The notes under the pieces are model-generated. The model had not been told where the DNA came from. It ran no database searches and saw only the letters and a program-made list of their open reading frames with translations. A stretch of DNA of 57,110 bases, from the NCBI GenBank assembly GCA_027451965.1, contig DAIDHJ010000001.1, forward strand, positions 490,963 through 548,072, read 5' to 3'. The DNA is from Candidatus Adlerbacteria bacterium (GTDB taxonomy: Bacteria; Patescibacteriota; Minisyncoccia; Phycocordibacterales; SBAW01). A program made the translations under genes and the position numbers. Of the stretch, positions 55,401 through 57,110 are shown piece after piece. Every line of letters starts with the position of its first letter. The first letter of the stretch is position 1.

Positions 55401-57078
55401 ATTCTGCTGCGTAGTTGTTCTGTGCTCCAGTATTCGCATTCACCGTAAGACCATATGAATTTGTAGTTGATGCATTGAGCGCTGAACTGCCCAGATAGAG
55501 CGTGTGTGCATTGGTGGTAGTGCCATTTCCGTTTGCTGCAGTAATAGGAGCGCCAGTTACTGCAAGCGTCGCAAGATCAGTGAACCCATTAGTTGGTGCG
55601 TATGATGCGAATGATTCTGTTGGAGCGTTGATCAAAAATGCCCGCTGCATCGGAATCGTACTATTCGCAAATGTTTTCGTTTGCGCATCGTTGAACTGAA
55701 TATCAGGAGCTTCTCCCGTAAGACCGGTATCCGCAGCTCCAGTAAACAAAAATGGAGCAGCAGAGCTCGTGCTTGCTGTGCGTGGTGCAGGAGTTTGTGA
55801 GAATGTCCCATTAAGAGCCAGATCGCCAAGCGAATCAAAAGTCGAAGTTGCGGTTCCGCCGAAGTATGCTTGTTGAAATACAGAAAGTTGCGATGTGGAT
55901 GCAGTAAGCAAATTGGTTGTGCCGGTTGCTATAAGGTTTGCGGCAGTAAGATTTCCTGAAAAATATCCGCTCCCTTGTACCGTAAGGTTAGCAAATGGCG
56001 TCGTCGTGCCGATGCCGACGTTGCCTTCGACAATGAGACCGTTGGTTGGGGCAGCGACGCCATAATCAGCGCCGATCGAAGCATTGCCCGCAACGGCAAG
56101 AGTGCTTTGTGCCGTAGTGGTAGCTATTTGAGTATTACCACTGTTGAGTGCCAAGTATGTAGATCCAGTAGTAGTTAATTCCGAAGTTGTAGCATTAGAG
56201 AGCGTGGTAAGTCCTCCCACAGAAAGAGTTCCACCAATACTAGTATCTCCGCTTACGGACAGATCTGAGTGTACCCCATTGATGACAACATTTGAGAGAG
56301 TCACGCCATTGAGTTGGTCGATAGCATTGGTGACCGCAATCGAGTTTGTAAAACCACCGCCAGAATATGGGACACTCGGTGTTCCAGCTACGTTTGCATA
56401 AATTTCTTGTCGCAATGAGTTTGCCAATGCTTGCAACTGTGCAGTGAGATCATCTTGGGTAATACCACTTTGCACCACTGTGCGTTCAATTACTGGATAG
56501 GTTGCGTTTTGTATGATCGTTGGGCTTGGTGGTTGTGATGATACCGGAGGAAGTGTAATCGGTTGCGTTGGAGACGGAGGAAGCACAATTGGCAACACAG
56601 GAGTAGTGGATGCTTCCGGAGTAGATGGGCCAAGTGCAACTGGCGCATGCTCTGTCGCAAGATATGCAAAGAACCCGGAGAAGAAATCTTTTGCATCAGC
56701 AAGCGCACTTAAGAAACTCGGAATCGTGAATGAATTCGAAGAAAGATTGACTTGCAGCGGTGCAGTACCGAAGAACGGCGAATCAACTTCTCCGATCGCT
56801 GCTGCAAGATTTTTCTGCAAGAATGATCCAGGAGCAGCGTTCGCAGAAACAAATACACCAAGCAGCAGTACGAACGCAGTACCAAATGCAAGTGTTCCGG
56901 AAGAGAGGATTCCTAATTTTCGTTTTGGAACAACAGCAATACCATTTTGTTTTCGATAGGTTTTGTTTTCTTCTCGACGAATTTGCGCAAGTGATGAAGC
57001 TCGTTGTGCTTTTGCAGCTTCGCGTATTTCCTTAAATTGTTTGATGGATTCCTTGCTGACAAACCAGGCGTTCTTCAC
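43441..57078 (-). CDS. Giant membrane-anchored surface fibre protein (at least 4545 aa) with tail-fibre-like repeats, an S74-type intramolecular chaperone domain, an Ig-like domain and a Thr/Ser-rich tail
   Basis: Single 13,638-nt ORF. The track start at 57078 is GTG, and the frame has no stop up to the window edge at 57110, so the true start may lie outside the window. TM helix LGILSSGTLAFGTAFVLLLGVFVSANA at aa 55-81. See the findings for the domains. Confidence 0.85.
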   Translation of the reverse strand: MKNAWFVSKESIKQFKEIREAAKAQRASSLAQIRREENKTYRKQNGIAVVPKRKLGILSSGTLAFGTAFVLLLGVFVSANAAPGSFLQKNLAAAIGEVDSPFFGTAPLQVNLSSNSFTIPSFLSALADAKDFFSGFFAYLATEHAPVALGPSTPEASTTPVLPIVLPPSPTQPITLPPVSSQPPSPTIIQNATYPVIERTVVQSGITQDDLTAQLQALANSLRQEIYANVAGTPSVPYSGGGFTNSIAVTNAIDQLNGVTLSNVVINGVHSDLSVSGDTSIGGTLSVGGLTTLSNATTSELTTTGSTYLALNSGNTQIATTTAQSTLAVAGNASIGADYGVAAPTNGLIVEGNVGIGTTTPFANLTVQGSGYFSGNLTAANLIATGTTNLLTASTSQLSVFQQAYFGGTATSTFDSLGDLALNGTFSQTPAPRTASTSSAAPFLFTGAADTGLTGEAPDIQFNDAQTKTFANSTIPMQRAFLINAPTESFASYAPTNGFTDLATLAVTGAPITAANGNGTTTNAHTLYLGSSALNASTTNSYGLTVNANTGAQNNYAAEFLGGNVGIGTTSPFSTLAVVGSGYFSNNLTASGTLSVNEQTTLSTASTTQLTASNSAWLATTGGNVGIGTTTQQSELAVSGNQSIGADYNIAAPTNGLIVEGNVGIGTTTPAQKLDVNGIAQFESNGSYFDFQPGVATGILRLSGNQSSNNLQLYDGTNSYLEDLYSGINDNVRLSSFGNSWFNGGNLGIGTTSPFSTLSIAGNEYLGGNLTATGTLAVSGQTTLTTASSTELTVSGSTWLATTGGNVGIGTTSPFETLSVNGGAYVNGDINANNFVVNGTNGYTELGGDQGGRLELHGTSNTSTPYFDIANGSHDYDFRYQLTPAANLLSISASSTANILNLLGNGNVGIGTTSPFTTFAVSGSAYVSGNLTSTGNTTIGTNSGNTLTVNALIGSTLQPSQNITYDIGSPSFYWRTGYFNNLNVNSISAASTSISGTVSSTFTINTGNNTADTENSSLVFFRGTVNPNAVLTWNSTTKRFEFNQPVFIQNNSTSTGDVVTLSLEGLAGQTADLFDVASSSGAMDFNVLANGNVGIGTTSPFTTLSVNGNSYITGNITTGTASTSQLTVFGDTWLATNGGDVGIGNTSPAYTLDVSGFINTDQYSGYKQAGNTVLYASTTNETLAVGDSAAPWANATSSAFRDVALGYQALNATPTTGTAQDNVALGYQALLDSTSGYENTAVGSGVMKDTTTGNNNTAIGYEALNNTLTGIQDTAAGAFALFYDQSATNTVAIGNSAGRGTGHYSNQGGSYLGYAAGHNLSTGSDYNSLFGFQSGYGITTGADNVLLGASPDAASYNQVTTGNQNIAIGYDVALPSQTANGQLDIGNFIYGTGLTGTQSTVSNGMLGIGTSSPFTTLAVAGTGYFSGNLTATNITATGTLSVSGQTTLTTASTTQLTVSGDTWLATTGGTGVEIGSQNVPTYNLDVAGSVRSTSYFYDSSTLSNQIALNSSSGSDYGQIGNNAGGSWYLGYGTSQSTVGTPVLDWTTNGDVGIGTTNPGEKLNIVTAATGTDGINLSSSVWGGDLNIAPNLGSGSDNPLVQSGDTGIIFSSSGGQNTGNLVIAPWSSSHNGIRIEGSTGYTGIDTGTPQYALDVAGYINTDQYSGYKQAGNTVLYASTTNNVLAVGPSAASWSNATSTLLYDTAVGGGALNTAPTISTARYNTAVGYNALNADASGSSNSALGVNALVSNSSGSSNTANGFQALFYNSSGSDNTANGANALLLNTIGADNEAAGVSALYANTTGDYNVAEGFNALYQNQSATDTVAIGALAAQGGASYHNQGGTVIGFQAGTSFLTGSDYNTLLGYQSGFGITTGADNVFLGASPDATSYNQVTTGSQNIAIGYDVAVPSQTANGQLDIGNFIYGTGLTGTGATLSTGNIGIGTTNPSNTLDVRGVVSIGATSGASTILKSNIADGTTASIVLRDLSTGNLIFNPASNGGSPYNSIFASGNVGIGNSSPSYKLDVSGFINTDQYSGYKQAGNTILYASTTNQTLAVGDSAAPWANASSSIFRDTAIGYGALYTTPTTGYAQYNTAVGFDALNQNTAGDYNTATGYQSLYYNTTGTQNTAYGVQALWKNTTGSVNTATGYFALLENATGNGNTANGFNALENNITGNDNTVSGFDAEVYNQSATDTVAIGSRAGQGTANYSNQGSTYLGFAAGLAAQTGSNYNTLLGFQSGYNLTAGAENVLIGASPDSASLNQLTTGNQNIAIGYDVAVPSQTANGQLDIGNFIYGTGLTGTQSTVSNGLLGIGTTSPFTTLAVNGTGYFSGNLTATNITATGTLTTTNLTTTNASTTQLTVTGDTWLATAAGGVDIGTTHPQPAGGELQVTGGKIYLNNSDYVDGSAGSALMLGLGASSGSTYSQIQAYTGGRTGAGNLVLQPIAGSVGVGTTTPNSTFGIDSYKGIGTEAGSNEYTTLGINPSAAASPYTFAGLWYDPTNNVLRMDALSGGVAWRNIDLASQGGSNVGINNLTPVYKLDVGGFINTDQYSGYKQAGNTILYASTTNNVLAVGPNAAPWANASSTLFYDTAVGNGALNATPVNAGAQYNTAVGNNALDKNTTGASNTATGMNALLDNTTGNYNAANGAGTLTLNTTGNDNTASGFEALYSNTTGNNNTATGYAALFSNSTGTDDVAVGVSALYTNTTGYDNNAVGYGALYSNTTGVNNVANGYEALVNNTTGSDNIATGYNALFSNTTGAANVALGYEALYTATSSSDETAVGYGALQNEIAGGPDGANHNNSAFGYAALYTNTTGYNNTANGYESLFYNTTGNNNTANGYQSLYSNTTGYQNTANGLQSLYSNTTGVNNTANGFSSLLYNTTGSSNTANGLDALLSNTIGNSNTANGVSALQSNTTGNSNVANGVDSGYGITSGSNNILLGASPDAASYNQLTTGSQNISIGYDVALPSQTANGQLDIGNEIYGTGLTGTGATLSTGNIGIGVTNPQATLDIERTNDSGVLLRLGNIGGTTSNFDFSRNAVTGALSIQGNQSGVNNILLAPTSGNVGIGTSTPNAKLDINTGSGNDVIVADNGAYNALSLNDLIVGDTGLMGGPASDPTLYVDANQTSGAINFRTNGLTRMYINSSGDVGVGTTNPTARLTISGGTNDLIVGATPNTGIRLSDDALNSYIQPGYGRGTGNLYLYGSGGSPAETIAQGTQVGIDNTSPQYALDVGGYINTNQYSGYKQNGITVLYASTTSNGLAVGQNAAPWMSATSTNLTDVAVGQGALYTTPINANAYENTAVGYNALESNTSGDDSTALGTAALSSNTTGARNTGLGSLALISNTTGARNIAIGFYTMQANTTGSDNAALGTQALFSNASATNTVAIGDSAAAGTATYSNQGGVYVGFQAGNHAQTGSNYNTLLGDQSGFGVTTGADNVLLGASPDAASYNQLTTGSQNISIGYDVALPSQTANGQLDIGNEIYGTGLTGTGATVSSGYIGIGTNNPNYTFVSQGIPGASGIFQGQFRYSSTGAFVGLESGALSGSYNPLVQAGDNALIFSNQNTAASGGGLVIAPWSNSVAGLRMDYLGHVSIENQNSPTEALVVGGTSPGGIDVQGAADSPTTDVGLGLSFESYGGRIQSFQSKPLALNPLGNNVGIGTTTAQYGGKLTIDNGMSGANADGIFLLASPSTNYSLFHGYTNYGNGSGGNWINISNNSGSYFQISNNGTLTLSPSANTPFQVGPWSGGGSYTALYLNNSFSTSGDYNILSSAADPNLYFNVPSGRTFYFRNNNTTVASINSSGNLIATGFGEFVSPNSGSTGGVIIADAPGNPNAAYLQFVNNADNAEYADIHGLSTGGLVFDGGPVGINVAPGSNEFSVLKNGGTGGTTLGDFSSNDTWNSNLTLANTSTNGRSWQFIATGGSNGSVGTVGAFGLYDQTAGGYRMIVNPNGDVGINNTNPAYNLQVGGTGYFSGCLYANGSGCLSDERVKTNIQSFADGLSEVSQLNPVTYYYNGLAGTPNDGVMRYGLIAQNTLPVAPNLVYTTYAKLNPTDATTTQLYGINYNELNFLLINAIKQVNGVYDASNASTSQPTIQSFYQGTTTPALTVDAQGNVAIGTTTASSTPFASTFTVVGSGCFSQGAGATVACGNTPGNIYYKTANTGNYDVAENYQTADTTLTPGTIVALDPNNAMMVTTATTSTNILGVVSTAPGLVLGGSDASSTAIHKVPVGLVGRVPVEVVLQGGSIAIGDRITLSSEPGIGMKAGPFDPSVGIALESAATSTGTTTITVFVNPQPGIQGTAIAALVASSSATSTVQNILDTFSSASTAFQQALSQALGGVQGLAQTGVREMGLAVHATVGVFNTLLAQTITADTIYAQKLCLGSTCITQSQLAALLAMASSTPNGTTATSTSTTTPLTLTVNGNNPATVTVGSTYIDLGATISDGSYPNIGYVVSVDGGATTTQSSVVIDTSTAGSHTILYSATDPAGNTASATRIVDVVSGSTSTTTATSTPTTTSTTTASSTTSTTTATSTATSTTP
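44833..45111 (-). other. Peptidase S74-like intramolecular chaperone auto-processing domain within the giant ORF (aa 3990-4082)
   Basis: SDERVKTNIQSFADGLSEVSQLNPVTYYYN...RYGLIAQNTLPVAPNLV...YGINYNELNFLLINAIKQ. This shows the S-D-x-R-x-K motif and the GLIAQ and NY..L...LI.AIK pattern of tail-spike/endosialidase C-terminal chaperone domains. Confidence 0.7.
46591..53640 (-). repeat. Five diverged copies of a large coding module inside the giant gene, each containing 17-aa (51-nt) YadA-head-like repeats
   Basis: Each module starts with (V/Y)xG(F/Y)INT(D/N)QYSGYKQ(A/N)G(N/I)T (near nt 53600, 52090, 50975, 49420, 47350). Each ends with PSQTANGQLDIGN(F/E)IYGTGLTGT (near nt 52920, 51320, 50210, 48130, 46630). 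Confidence 0.85.
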
Positions 57079-57110
57079 GCGGATCCCCTCAAGCTTTCCT
57101 TCGCGGCATA

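Noticed and set aside
43669-56959. Dozens of 60-160 aa ORFs on both strands inside the giant gene
   Set aside because: All are nested in, or antisense to, the single 13.6 kb frame. Their repetitive, biased composition reflects the repeats of that gene.
57082-57096. GGATCC (BamHI) and AAGCTT (HindIII) sites 4 nt apart near the window end, as a possible cloning-vector or polylinker artefact
   Set aside because: The stretch is in frame with the giant ORF and has normal composition. Two 6-mers this close can occur by chance. There is no other vector-like sequence.

Overview
This is a gene-dense 57.1 kb bacterial chromosome segment. Hand-counted 60-nt lines outside the island give 45-52% G+C. It holds about 45 protein genes and one tRNA, mostly on the minus strand. 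I found no rRNA, CRISPR array, transposase or integrase. Most content is housekeeping: an in-frame rpoB-rpoC fusion running off the left edge, rpsP-KH-trmD, rnr, a short SMC-like ATPase, rnc, a NusB-Nudix fusion, rpmF, rnhB, dnaE, thrS, gyrB, pheST, tsf-rpsB, prfA-rpmE, rplY, and a sugar-phosphate cluster (fba, PfkB-type kinase, split transketolase, rpe, rpiB, gap). Many of these proteins are domain-minimised. Together with a sortase, a type IV pilin and a giant surface protein, this suggests a small-genome Patescibacteria/CPR-like organism, but that is inference only. Three accessory regions stand out. (i) A 1.2 kb strongly AT-rich single-gene island (9363-10579) encodes a minimal SIR2-like, NADase-type protein and is the best candidate for a horizontally acquired defence module. 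(ii) A cell-surface cluster (20652-25226) carries a sortase and repeat-rich secreted proteins. (iii) A 13.6 kb ORF (43441-57078, frame still open at the window edge) encodes a membrane-anchored fibre of at least 4545 aa, built from phage tail-fibre-like repeats and ending in an S74-type and a possible G2-like intramolecular chaperone domain. A -10-like box recurs 6-7 nt upstream of many start codons that lack a Shine-Dalgarno, which suggests frequent leaderless transcription. All calls come from reading the sequence and the ORF track; no database search was run.
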